DNA of 64,000 bases, taken from Amphiscolops sp. MND2022. Its lineage: Eukaryota. The stretch is from positions 41,354,001-41,418,000 of the forward strand of contig OZ076416.1 in the NCBI GenBank assembly GCA_964187785.1, read 5' to 3'. The position numbers were made by a program, and so were the translations under genes. Shown piece after piece: positions 38,201-49,878 of the stretch. The notes beneath the pieces were generated by a model. It did no database searches, had not been told where the DNA came from, and saw nothing but the letters and a program-made list of their open reading frames with translations. Positions within the stretch are counted from its first letter, which is position 1; each line of letters starts with the position of its first letter.

Positions 38201-41200
38201 AATTACATGCACAAAAAAATTTGGTCAAGGGTGTGACTCGAATCCACGTCCTTCTGCTTGGCAGACATCAAAAACTATCCTAATTAACCTCTATGCTAAG
38301 TGGCAGTAGAAGTTACAAGTATGGCAGTTAGTGGACGCAGCTTATAAAGCTTATGAAATCTGTCACTTCGTTGGTCTTAAAAAAAGAAAAGTCACTGCTA
38401 TAGTCTGCGTTTTCTACGAAAAGCGCCGACTAAAAACTAGGGCCAAGTGTCATTTAAAAATTAAGAGAGGTTTGATGTCAGGTTTGATGAGAAAAAAGTG
38501 GAAGCTTCTTTCGATGCCGAAGATACGAAAAAAGATAACTGAATTTTGCTGCAATGAAAAACTTTTCAAAAAAGACTATACATGACCTCCGAAATGAGCA
38601 TTTATGCATCATAAATCAATCGGGGATCGCCGGAAATCAGTTTGCAGAAGTGCAAATCCTTGTTTCAGCGGTAACCAGCTAAATACTAACTCGTTAAAAT
38701 AGACACCTGTGGGGCACAGTAATATTGCTTTAGGCTTCAATAAATATTAACTTTGAAGTTCAATTATGAAAACATCTAAATTGACTATAGACTCCTTTTC
38801 ATCACCTTTCATTTGATTCTTCTCGAACTAGATAAAATACAACTAACAAGCGTATACGACGTTTCGCATTCGTAGTTGAATGCAGTCGAAGCTCTCGGCG
38901 CACGAATAATTGACACTTGTTCGCTTCATCTCAATGAAAGTGCTGTCCCATTGCTATGAGAATTAAATAAATCAACTCAAGACTTTGAGTAGCGCTGCCT
39001 CAAAGCTATTACAATTGGCGAACAAGACGGGTCGACAAATAGGTCTGGAAAATGATCACATATATAGAAGCCATAAATTTATGGCTTCTATATATGTGAT
39101 CATTTTTCCAGTTTTTCCAGACCTATTTGTTATAACATTTCAGTTATAATATTACTGAAACAGAAATATAAATAACTCACCAATTGTAAGTCATCTCGAA
39201 AGCAGTCTTGATCCGTTTCTCAACCTTCTCCTTCAAGGAGCTGTTATTGGGCAACAGATTATCCATCTCGTTGATGACACAGTTGAGAGAGTCCTCGTTG
39301 GTCTCGATGTGCTGTCCCACGAAGTCCTCGTGTCCCATTTGCACGCCCAGGTACTTTGCATTCCGAGGTGACACTGAGGCTGATTTTGTCAAGCTGCTCA
39401 GAGAACTCTTGGAAATGCTGTACGCTGATGATGATCCAGAGCACGACTCGCTGTCCGTGCTGCCGAAGGAGCCAGATGCAGCGATGACTGCAGAAATTGC
39501 TGTTATCACAAATCTTTCATTGAATTGAAAAGAACCCAAACAATAAAAACGTTTGTTCTACAGGGCTCCGAAGAAGTTTCGAACCCACTTTTGTAAGTCA
39601 GATCCAGGAAATATGATGTAGAAAATTATGTGGATCTTTAGAAAACCTTCAGTTTTTAGTACTCTTCAGTAAATTGGAAAAACTGCCAAAAAAGTAAAAA
39701 CGGCACAAAAACCGATGTTTGAAAATTGGATGAAAAAAGCCGAAATTTGAAAAAAAATCGACGTCATAAAATGGGAAAGTTCGGTTAATATGCCTACTAT
39801 GGCCTTAAAACTCAAACTCGATACCATGAACAAATAAGCCACTTGTGTTTTCTTACCTGGAGTAGTTGGAGTGGTCACAGACTGAGTGATATTGATGCCA
39901 TCCATGGAAGGAGCTTGGTCGCTGGAAAAGTATTTGGAAAGGTCCAGATCAGACAGATGGAATTCTCCCGAGTCCAGACGATGGGGCATAGACTGCAACT
40001 GTTTTATAAACTCTGCACCTTCCTCATCGCATAAAGGCTGGAAGAATTGTAGAACTGGAAATTATTTGATAATTTTAAAATGCACCCAAGTTCCTTCAGT
40101 TCATTAGATCTTTATAGAATATCGAAAACATTCTAATTTTGATAAAGCGCGACATCGCCTGTCAAAGATCAAATTCAATTAACAGGGATCTCAACAGTAA
40201 TTACTGTTGATGGTTTAAACCATCAAAAGTGAGCAAGACAGAAAAGGTCGACAGACTTACAAAGAAGTGAGAGGGCGTGGCTCGGCCACTGACAGGCGTA
40301 ACTCCCCCACTATTGGCCGATGGGGATGTGTCCTCTACAGAGTGAACAGTCAAAGAGTTGCCCCCACCACCACTGACACTGTTGTTGCCAATACCATGGC
40401 AGGCATTGAATGATTGAGCACCATAAAAAGTTGTTGCTTCCCCCGCAACAGACGAGACCACGTCTGGAGGAGGACTGAATGAGAACTGTTTGTTCATCGG
40501 GTTTGAAGATGAACTGATTTTTCTCGTCGATAATGCCCCGTCGCTTGAGTACAGAGATGAATCCACGTTCATCTGGAACACAATTGCACGATGGTTATGT
40601 GCGAAGAATATTGAGGAACTAAACAGAAAGGCGACTTTTGAACTCTAGAGGATATGCTTCTCGAAATGAACGTCCAAAAACGCCTCAATATCCCAGTATG
40701 GTGAAATATGAACTAACAGAAATTTCATGTCAAGACATGACCTTGGAAATTTATAACTTTAAATCAAAAAAGCGTATAAAGAAATCCCCAAAACAACATT
40801 TGTCTTAATCTTTTACCTACCCCGGTCTGTGGCAATTTTGCGGAGGCAGAGTAATGGTTTACCCCAAAAGCAGAGCCAGAATCGTGACTGCCAGTACTGC
40901 TGGACTTGGGAGTTCTGACCGGACATGTTCCTGTCCCGTCGCAGAAAGATGCCCCTCGAATGGGGGGCACAACCTCCTCGGATGACTTGCGCAGGTAACT
41001 GTCGTGGAGCACCCCACACGAAAGGATGAAGCCACTGAGTGCGTGGTAGTGGGCCAGGATGATTATGGCCTGTACTAGCTGTGTTTGGGGCCATTGCATT
41101 GACCGATCAGAACCCTCCACTACTGCCTTTAAAAACGACAATTCAGGCTTAGAAAAGGTCTGAACTGATGTTTGTAAATGATGGCATGGTAAACAAAAGC

Positions 41201-44200
41201 TTAGATTGTCAAAACAAATATTCCGCAATTGGAAAACTACCTTTCGAATTTGATGAAAATTCGATTACCTGGGCTTTACTATGATCAACGGGACAAACGC
41301 TTCATCGAAATTAACGTTGGAGTAAACCCCAATGGTCTTGATAAGTAAATCGGAAACTGGGACGCAAATTTTTGTTTTAGTATTGAATTTTTCTTGACAC
41401 CATCACTGATTAAACTACCACTATGAAGCAGGGCTGGTAAAATGTTAGTTAAATATATTTTTAACAGTTAAAAACAGTTAAAATGGAAAAAAACATGTTA
41501 AATTTGTTAAAAATGTTAAAAATAAAATCTAAGCTATTCTAAGATATATCTAAGTCTACCTAAGGAATTTAACTAAGTACATAAGTCAGTCGAGGTTCAG
41601 TTGTCGGTATAAAAATGCAAGTTTGCCAGCTTTTTCAACTCCCATCGATGTTCTGAGTTTTCCATAGGTTGCCCCCAAAGTCGAAAAACAACGTTCAATC
41701 CCCCCAGAAGAACTTGTACAAGACACCAACGAAACAGCAATATCAGACAATGTTTTATCAAACCCCAATCTTAATCCCGATGTCCACCATGATACAGGGT
41801 CAGCGTCTTTAAAGGTTCCTTCAAAATAATGTTGGCTGTATGGTGGTACTTTCGAAATGTATTTCATTACCTCTGGAATGATACTTTCGTTAATTTCTTT
41901 AAGATATGCGAGCGCTTTTGCATTTTCTTGGGAATCGAGATTTTGGCCAACATAACGATGGTCAAGTAGGTTTGCTGCCAGCATCACTGGAGTATCCAAT
42001 ACAGCTTTGTTATACCTATGGCTCATTTCTTGGGCAAACTGTTCGGGCACTTTCATTCGTAGATTAAACCAAAGCTCAAGACATTCGCTGAGAGTTGACG
42101 AGTCGCTTTGAGCAGTGTCCAAAGATGTGCTCAGTGGATTAAAAATTTCGAGTAGCTCTGATGCCGTTCTTTTTAGTTGTACATCTTCCATGGAACGATA
42201 AATGGGATCGGTTGGTTTCATGATTGTATTGATAACAACAACCAACGTCGACCAGTGGTCAACAAAATACTTTAAAGTATCGGTCAGGGAGTTCCACCGT
42301 GTTTCAACAGGGAGAGGGGGACGGGGCAATTCATGTTGTCGTAGCAAAGCACTTTCAGCATGATGATTCCTCAAATGTTTAACCACTTTCACTATCTTTT
42401 CAATTGGGACTTTCATTTTACTTCCTATTTCCTTTGCCAGTAAGTTCATATGATGTGCTTGGCACCCATATGTATGCAATAGCGCTGAAGGGTCCTTAAT
42501 CATACGACGAAAACCTGCCATGTTGCTGGCGTTATCCGTAACAACAGAACTGACACGAACACCCCACTCATTCTCTATTTTTGCTATCTGATTCTTACAA
42601 AGATCAATGAGATAATCGCTTGTATGTGGCTGACCAGTAGTGTCAAGAGTATCAAAGAGGTAACCTTTACCCACTACATTTATTGCTACTCCAATAACTG
42701 GTTCCATCATTTTTGTAGACCAGCCATCGATAATCATTGTGCATACTTGGCCTTTTACAAGTCGTTCAATTTTATTCTTTTCTTGCTCAAACAACTTGTC
42801 AAGAAGAGGACCTGCAAGTGTTCGACGATTTGGAATCTTTGTTCCAGGGCGCAAGGCGTCAACAAGACGACAGAAGTTTTTATTCTCGACATGCAAAAAT
42901 GGACTGTTGGTTCCAATAATAAATTTGGCAATGAGCATGTTAATTTCGTCTTCCTTTTTGTGTGAATTTGTTGGAATACTTAAAGTGGACTGGGTAAGAC
43001 GGGGCTGTTTTGGGGCGCTAGGGCCTTCACTTGTATCATTTTTCTTGGAACATGATGCCCAGTGACTTTTCATCCGCTCTGCGTTGTTCACCATTTCGTG
43101 ATCACAACCCTTACAACGAGCTCTTACAACATCTCCCACTTTAACTTCCGTAAAATGTATCCATATGTCACTTTTAACACGTCCCATGGCTATCTGAAAT
43201 GCCCAATTTGAATGAAATATTTAACATAATTAACACATTGTTAAAAATCTTTGTGTTAAAAACAGTTAAATAAGGTATTGTTAATTAACACTGTTATTTA
43301 ACATGCCAGCCTTGCTATGAAGGCCGACCACAAACCTTAACATGCTGTCCATTAATTTTCCAAGGCGCATGAGCCAGAAGTGCGTTCAGCTCAACCAGTG
43401 CTTTCACGTCCAGCTGCATGGCTTTTCTCTTGGGCGGAATGTGAGAGTCCACAGGTGAGTCGGCGGCAATCTCCTGGTCGAAGCCCATTCGTACGAACAA
43501 GTCGTCTTCTGGAAGCCCATCTATGAGATAGTCTATCAGCACAGAACAGTCGAAACGAGCCGCTCCCTGAAACGTCAATTTTCCACTGTTTTGGGAAATC
43601 AAAGAATTTATTCAACCAGAGCCGCATGTGCGGTAAAGGAGTCGGCTTAGGTTTTTTCTGAAGTCGAAAAATGGCCCTTTTTTGACCATTTTTGGGCTAA
43701 TTTTGGCTATGTTTCTCACATCCCAGCCATACGATTTTGATGCCATTGCACATATAGGACTCTAATATGTTTAGAATATCTGTAGAAAATTTCGTTCGAA
43801 TCGTATGGACAGTTTTTGAGAAAATCGAAAAAAGTCGAAAAATGGCTGTTTTTTGGCCATTTTTGGGCTAATTTTGGCTATGTTTCTCACATCCCAGCCA
43901 TACGATTTTGATGCCATTGCACACATAGGACTCTAATATGGTGTAGAATATCTGTAGAAAATTTCGTTCGAATCGTATGGACAGTTTTTGAGAAAATCGA
44001 AAAAAGTCGAAAAATGGCTTTTTGGCCATTTTTGGGCTAAATTTGGCTATGTTTCTCACATCCCAGCCATACGATTTTGATGCCATTGCACATATAGGAC
44101 TCTAATATGGTGTAGAATAACTGTAGAAAATTTCGTTCGAATCGTATGGACAGTTTTTGAGAAAATCGAAAAAAGTCGAAAAATGGCTGTTTTTTGGCCA

Positions 44201-46447
44201 TTTTTGGGCTAATTTTAGCCGTTTCTCACATCCCAGCCATACGATTTTGATGCCTTTGCACACGCAGGGGCCCCTTTGGGTGTAGAATGACTGTGCAAAA
44301 TTTCGTGAAAATCGTATGGACAGTTTTCGAGAAATTTGAAATTTTCATGAAAAGGTCGGGAGAAAAAAAAACAAAAAAAAACAACACGATTGCATAAGTA
44401 GTCGAAAATTTTTTCCGACTCCTAAAAAATTGAATTATTCGATACAACAAAGCATCAAATAATTTGGGCACTATAATTTCGAGGAAAATTTGACGTTTTC
44501 ATCAATGATCAAGGTTCACAAAGCTTTCCATGATGGCACGGGTTATTTAAATTTCAATCGATAAGACGGTTGAAACAGCAGATATGTACGTAGAGGCAAA
44601 GTCGGGCTTCGATTACACCTAAGTGGAAAATTGAAGTTCAATTCACAAGTGTATGAGATCAGTTCATTTTTAAGTGGGTGAGAAACATCCGAACAAATGT
44701 AGAAACCAGAAGTTACTTTTTTCCACTTGAAACCCAGAATCTTTTCCCACTTTTTCCCAGAATCTGTCAATGAACAACCATGTAGAGTCCTCTGAACTTT
44801 CGAGAAACGGGAGTCCAATGAAAGTCGAGCAAGCGGGAAATTATCCCAAAAAATCAATGAAAACTTTTTTACTCATTTTTATTTACTTTAATTAGACAAA
44901 AGAGCGATACGCGGAACAGACGCGTTAGTGATGAACAGAAACTGTGGACAACTCTAAATCGATTACTCAAAAACTATCCCAATTTTTGAATTTTGCGGAA
45001 GTGCAAACTTATCAATGACAGCAAAATTCAAACTTAGCTTTGTTACTTCAAAAAATAGAAAATTCTACTAGCAAGCGGTAAAGTGTTTTGCAGTTTTATT
45101 GGAATACAGGCGAAGCTCTCAGCGGACAAATTCAGTGGCAATGGGAAATTTCAACACCATATAGGTCACGAACTCAAGAAATGAAATTGAAAGCTTTAGT
45201 TGATAATTTTGCCACTCCCAATAGTCAAAATTCGTTGTCCCCTTCATTTAAAACCATTTTAGGACCATTACTACAAACTATTCAGCATACTCCATGGGTT
45301 TCAAAAGCTATAAGCTACAAATGTCAAAATAATTGCAGTAAATGAAGCAAACCACTCGTTGAAGATAAATCAACGAAAAATGACTAGATAATTTGAAGCT
45401 TACATCATTATTACGTAGACAACACTAACCATAATACCGAGATATGCAATCAACGTCTTGTTGAAAGTAGTATCTAGCTGCAAACTCTCCACGAATGACA
45501 GATGCGCGGCCATGTACTTGGGATGGTAAGACATGAGGTACATGACATTAGGGATTCTCAGCTGGTGCAGCTTGAAGGCCCAAACATACAGCTTGTACTT
45601 GTCAACGAGCTTGCAATACGAGGAGGCCGACACTGAATTCTGACTCTTCAGGGAAGCACTTTTTGCAAGAACATGTCGGGTATCATCTGACTCACTTTTG
45701 TCTTCGTCAGTGGTGTTGCCACTATAAAAATGATGTTCGTTGCATTTGCCAATGTTAGTTGGTGGCAAAATTTTTATTATGATTGCGGGTAAAGAGCGCT
45801 AGTTTTAGATTTTTTAAATCAATGACCTCAGTTCAACTACATTCAAATAAGATGAAATACCAAGTTTTTCACGCATTTGAAAAAAATCCAAGCAGTTTTA
45901 GTCCCTTCTCGATTTGAAAAGCGTATGAAAGAAAACTGGCACAAGCTCAGAACTCCATGGCAAGTAAATGTTTTAACAAGCATCAATATGGAACTATTCA
46001 TGGACTTCTGGTGAAAATAAGCAGTTTTCGTCACAAACGATGAGTAAAAACTATAGTAACTTATGATATCATAATAATAATAAGAGTTCCCAATAATTAG
46101 ATCTTCATTTAATTTAAAGAAGTTTGAAATATATTTGAAAACATATTTTTGTAGCAATCAAATTGATTTTTTTTTGGAAAACAATGACTTTGACTTAATC
46201 ACCTGTTGTAGAGTTGTGCATCATCAGTGACCCTTCTGGGTCGGCTAGGTGTCCTACTTGGGGTGGAAGGTCCCGTATGGGAGGGACTGCTAGAGTCCGA
46301 GGGGATGCATTCGGACACTGCACGTGGGATGGTCCTCTCAAGCGACGAAGATGGCGACGACACGTTGGAAGAGGAGGAATGTATGCGCTTGATACAATTT
46401 TCTCGGAAGCTTTCTTCTGCCTTGCTCAGCCCATTGTGGCAGTCAAT
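35170..46447 (-). CDS. SESN: Sestrin (9 phase-consistent exons, 2184 nt / 727 aa reconstructed; start exon not located)
   Basis: Exons 46447-46203, 45721-45430, 43566-43336, 41126-40821, 40572-40261, 39998-39857, 39487-39181, 37135-36880 and 35262-35170, all GT-AG. Sestrin motifs: MSYHPKY..YLGIM|GAARFDC, LAHAPW, LAHYHALSGF, GHEDF, TYN, YDD, SEM|VH..E.RMQ. Confidence 0.9.
36880..37135 (-). CDS. SESN: Sestrin exon (C-terminal domain)
   Basis: DTTSFRRTI...GIVYDDFNY...SEM|gtaag; phase 2 in, phase 0 out. Confidence 0.88.
37673..38436 (-). mobile_element. HINE-like family F2 copy in a Sestrin intron
   Basis: Minus strand begins TTTTAGTCGGCGC and ends GGCGCCGACTTGGGCCGTTGCCGGCTTGT. Internal GGGGGACCCTTT repeats. 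Matches 49879-50245. Confidence 0.72.
38846..38970 (-). mobile_element. HINE-like family F3 3' fragment
   Basis: Ends CGAAACGTCGTATACGCTTGT on the minus strand; homologous to 60145-60340. Confidence 0.55.
39022..39130. repeat. ~96-bp near-perfect palindrome with an adjacent CTTGT-type terminus
   Basis: AAATGATCACATATATAGAAGCCATAAA|TTTATGGCTTCTATATATGTGATCATTT is a spacerless palindrome. Outer arms ACAAATAGGTCTGGAAAA / TTTTCCAGACCTATTTGT. Confidence 0.9.
39181..39487 (-). CDS. SESN: Sestrin exon
   Basis: tttctgcag| ... GHEDF ... AFEMTYN|gtgagt. Confidence 0.82.
39857..39998 (-). CDS. SESN: Sestrin linker exon
   Basis: Phase 0 in, CCAG|gtaag phase 1 out. The acceptor could alternatively be at 39992. 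Confidence 0.72.
40261..40572 (-). CDS. SESN: Sestrin linker exon (Ser/Gly-rich)
   Basis: ttccag|ATG ... TTT|gtaagt, phase 0/0. Confidence 0.78.
40821..41126 (-). CDS. SESN: Sestrin exon
   Basis: gtttttaaag|AVVEGSDRSMQWPQTQLVQAIIILAHYHALSGF ... GGG|gtaggt. Confidence 0.85.
41429..43314 (-). mobile_element. Autonomous hAT DNA transposon (1886 bp) in a Sestrin intron
   Basis: Perfect 8-bp TSD CTATGAAG (41421-41428 / 43315-43322), imperfect TIRs CA(G/A)GGCTGG, GTTAA-rich subtermini. Confidence 0.95.
41586..43187 (-). CDS. hAT transposase, intact (533 aa)
   Basis: BED finger (W..F...CKGC...H...C), DGWS (D1), TDNASNM (D2), CQAH, TRWNS, IERCFS (E). Confidence 0.95.
   Translation of the reverse strand: MGRVKSDIWIHFTEVKVGDVVRARCKGCDHEMVNNAERMKSHWASCSKKNDTSEGPSAPKQPRLTQSTLSIPTNSHKKEDEINMLIAKFIIGTNSPFLHVENKNFCRLVDALRPGTKIPNRRTLAGPLLDKLFEQEKNKIERLVKGQVCTMIIDGWSTKMMEPVIGVAINVVGKGYLFDTLDTTGQPHTSDYLIDLCKNQIAKIENEWGVRVSSVVTDNASNMAGFRRMIKDPSALLHTYGCQAHHMNLLAKEIGSKMKVPIEKIVKVVKHLRNHHAESALLRQHELPRPPLPVETRWNSLTDTLKYFVDHWSTLVVVINTIMKPTDPIYRSMEDVQLKRTASELLEIFNPLSTSLDTAQSDSSTLSECLELWFNLRMKVPEQFAQEMSHRYNKAVLDTPVMLAANLLDHRYVGQNLDSQENAKALAYLKEINESIIPEVMKYISKVPPYSQHYFEGTFKDADPVSWWTSGLRLGFDKTLSDIAVSLVSCTSSSGGIERCFSTLGATYGKLRTSMGVEKAGKLAFLYRQLNLD
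43336..43566 (-). CDS. SESN: Sestrin exon (AhpD-like N-domain)
   Basis: tttcag|GAARFDC ... LNALLAHAPWKINGQHVK|gtttgt. Confidence 0.88.
43616..45082 (-). mobile_element. Helitron-like non-autonomous element, family F4
   Basis: Minus-strand 3' end CCGCACATGCGG hairpin plus CTCTGG|T (fits CTRR). Putative 5' end TTTACCGC. Contains the 170-bp array. Confidence 0.5.
43663..44340. repeat. ~170-bp tandem repeat, about 4 copies
   Basis: GTCGAAAAATGG at 43663, 43834, 44006 and 44175; units highly similar. Confidence 0.92.
45430..45721 (-). CDS. SESN: Sestrin exon
   Basis: LRIPNVMYLMSYHPKY...YLGIM|gttagt resembles SESN2 RVDNLAVVMGLHPDY...YIAIM. Confidence 0.87.
46203..46447 (-). CDS. SESN: Sestrin N-terminal Ser/Pro-rich exon
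   Basis: tttgttacag| phase 0 ... AACAG|gtgatt phase 2, which matches the next acceptor. Confidence 0.7.
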
Positions 46448-49400
46448 CTGTAACAAATCAAGCATCATCAGCAGAAAAATTGAGAAACGGAACAAAAAAG
46501 TAGCTTTCATATTTTAATCAGAATTTTCTTCCGTAAAAACAATCAAAAGAACATGCTTACATGACAATTTAAGCCCAATATCATCATTTGATACGATGTG
46601 AATACTTACACTTAATATCCGCCGTACTAGTTGCCAAGCTGGTTTTAGCTACCACGTTCAAGGTTATGGAGTTTGATTTACCATTTGTTGAATGAGTGAG
46701 CTCTCATTCACTTATTGAAACGAATTTGAAAAGATTACTAATCTACTTCCAGAACTATGGGCCATGAATCATTTTTGACCAAGCTCACTTGGCTGAGTCA
46801 TACTTTTCCTCAATCGCATATCAACTTCGCGAGAATCTCAAAACGGTGTTGACTAGTCTTGCGAAGTACGCGATTCGAACTGAAACTGATTCGAAAGCTC
46901 AGTTTCATTGATTTATATACATTTAATATAAATATCAGATCTATCTTGATCGACTACTATATTAAACATTGTTGACTGAATGGTATGAAATTTGGCAAGA
47001 CGACTCGTAAACTTACTTCCCGTTATTCAGGGAAAATTTAAAGACTTTCACTTCAACTAAAAGTAGGCGGTCTAAGAGCTTCAATAAGTAGCTAATCTCT
47101 GCTTATTCTCATGACAGAAGTTTCTGAGAAACTTGTCAACGGACTCCGAGAACAGTGTACTCAAGTCAAATTGGTTTCTTGATTCACGTGAACGGAATGG
47201 ATGTTATCAACAATAAAACAACAAAAACTAAGAAGGATCTTGAACAGCAACAGGTAAAATCGAGGTTATCAGCCAAATAACACAAAGGTGGTACTATTCA
47301 AGGCTAAGCTCAGCTCAACTAAATTCGTTTTTGTTCAAGGCCAAAGTGATCCAGTGACACTATTATCGGAACAAAATTTACCATTTATGGGGACAAAAAT
47401 ACGGTTTCTCCGTTTCAAAATTTGGGCTCTCGGTTTAATGCGAGGACAACACTGTGATTAGAACACAGGAAAACTTCATATTCGTCAGTTTCACTGACCT
47501 TCGGGTGCAACCTACCATTTAATCATACCATTTCTTTCGATCAATAAATTTGTGATACGATGACCTGATTCATAAGTTCTCCGGTTTTTGATGTTTTTCA
47601 ACTCAATTTTTGGGGTCGTTACTGATACCGCAAGGATGCTTTGCAGCTGGCAACGTATCGACACCAAAAAACTACAAACCGACTTGCCTCCGCTGTAATA
47701 TGGGCACATTAAACTTTTTCAACCTACAACCTACAGACCGGTGGTTCCGATGCGCACGGTCCTTTATAAAAAAAATGAGTTGAAGACAAATGAAAGATAA
47801 ATATCAGTACGATTTGAAAGATTTTGATATTCAACAATTTAATTACATTTCAAACATGCGATGTGTTTGAATTTCAACCTGTTTCTAAAAATCAATTTTA
47901 AACTTTTCTTTTTTCAACATTTGTTACTAACCTAATTTAATGTTTTTCCAAGTACAAAAAAGGATCGCGCGCATCGAAATCAAAAAGTGGTAGTATGGCA
48001 TCTGGTAGAATATCTATTTTAAAACCTTCGTCACATTAGGAGCGATAAAAAACATTTCAGACAAAAAGGTGAATTAAAAGCGGTCAAATCTACATGGAAC
48101 ATCGGACGGAGATTGCGACCATCACATGATGGATAACTATTGGTCAATATTTGTTCACATTCGGAGCAGACTTTCACATCCTGTTCAACTACCTGCCACG
48201 AGAACGAACACAATCCCTGTTACGCAATACATTACGTCACAACATGTAGTAACAAAGGAGGTAAGAATGACCGAATCTAGGATACGGATGAGAAAAAAAA
48301 ACGAGAAGGGAGATCATGAGACACACATTTGTAGCCACCAATCGATGGTGGGAAATATGGTCCCCGTTCAACATGCCATACATACCGTTCAGATAAGGCT
48401 GAGAGAAAGAGGGAAATGAGAAAGTAACACACGCAGAGGAGAATGCAATTTGGAATTGCCTTTCCATTCGCTTCCTAATATAATGCAAATCAGGGGATGT
48501 AGGTGTTCATTCACGGACGCAATTACGGGAAGCGACACGACACGACGGACATCCACAGAATGGATAAGAGAGACAAAGGATACACGAACGAGAAAAGATG
48601 GTCTACCAGAATAAGCCCGGTCAAAAACTACATGTATTCGTCCATTAAGGCGCTGTTCAGCTTTTATGTCACGGAAATTTTCCACTTTGGCGACTGCTTG
48701 TACTTCAGAAAACTAGTTCTGCTGCTCATTTCAGGGCACTTTTTCATTCATAAACTGAGACAGGGTGTCTCACAGAAGAAACATTGGCACTAGTAGCATG
48801 AAATACATTGAACTAATTTGTGAGCAGTTTTGTTTTCTAGCTCCAGAGCATGACGTGTCCAAGATTTTGTGAACCATGGAGCAACCATCATCAGATATCC
48901 TCCTTGGCATTACAGTGTTAACTAACAACTTGGTAGAATTTTGCCATGAAAAATCAAAAATTAAACATCAAAAAGTTGAAACGTTATTTTTATTTGAAAA
49001 TGGGAATGGGCGACGTGATTTCAAAAATACTACAAAAATTCTGCAGCATGGAAAATTCAGGGATTTAAACACCGTCTTTTACATAAATCCTTGAATCAAC
49101 ATTGAGCTTGAAATATAACAGTGCGCAAGGCGTTCAGGGGATACCTCATAACACCAATTTTATACCAATTAGTTCATTGGACCTTTGAATCACTTCACGA
49201 AAGAGGTAATTTCCTTCAGCTAATTGACCCTCTCGGGAATTGAATACTAATTGATCGCCATAGTCGCTAGTTATTCTCATCAAAAGGTCAGTTTTCAATC
49301 AGGGAAATTTTTTTCGCATTTCAACATCCTTCAGGGACTTTCATAGCCGCGATAGAGAATTAGCCTGAGTTCAAAACAAGCAGCATATCTTAGCTTTCAA

Positions 49401-49878
49401 GTAACGTTGCCTTAAACGTGTGATTGTACTAAACGCCATGAAGAACCCTTGGGGGTTCGAACCAACAACTTAAAATCGTGATCAAACGAAAAGAGCCACA
49501 GGAGCGAGGCATGAAGAAATTATCTAAAAGCAATTTTAGTTCTGCCCGAATGTTCTTTTAACGTTCCAAGCGTTCGCAGATCAAAGGCTTGAATCAACAG
49601 GTGTATTTGCTCAACAATTCTGTAACATTCTTTGCTGAGCGGTGAGCCTTAAAATAAACCGGAGACTTCGGACATTTTGTTCATAAAAGCTTGTTCGAAC
49701 AGTTCAATAAACGCACTCCATTTTGCCGGTTCAAGAAAAGCTATCTGATGAAATTGCAACCACGCTACGAAAATTTCGACAATTTCAGTGACCATTTCAA
49801 TATTTTCCGTCTCTTAATACTTACGTGGGAAAATACTAACTACGCATTGTTTTCTTTTAAAAAAGTTTTCAATCCCCA

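Noticed and set aside
38223-38302. Functional tRNA-Gly gene
   Set aside because: No pairing acceptor stem, and it is embedded in a repeat; kept only as a tRNA-derived module.
46610-46700. Sestrin start exon at the GTAAGT donor 46609
   Set aside because: No ATG-initiated open frame is compatible with the phase-0 acceptor at 46447.
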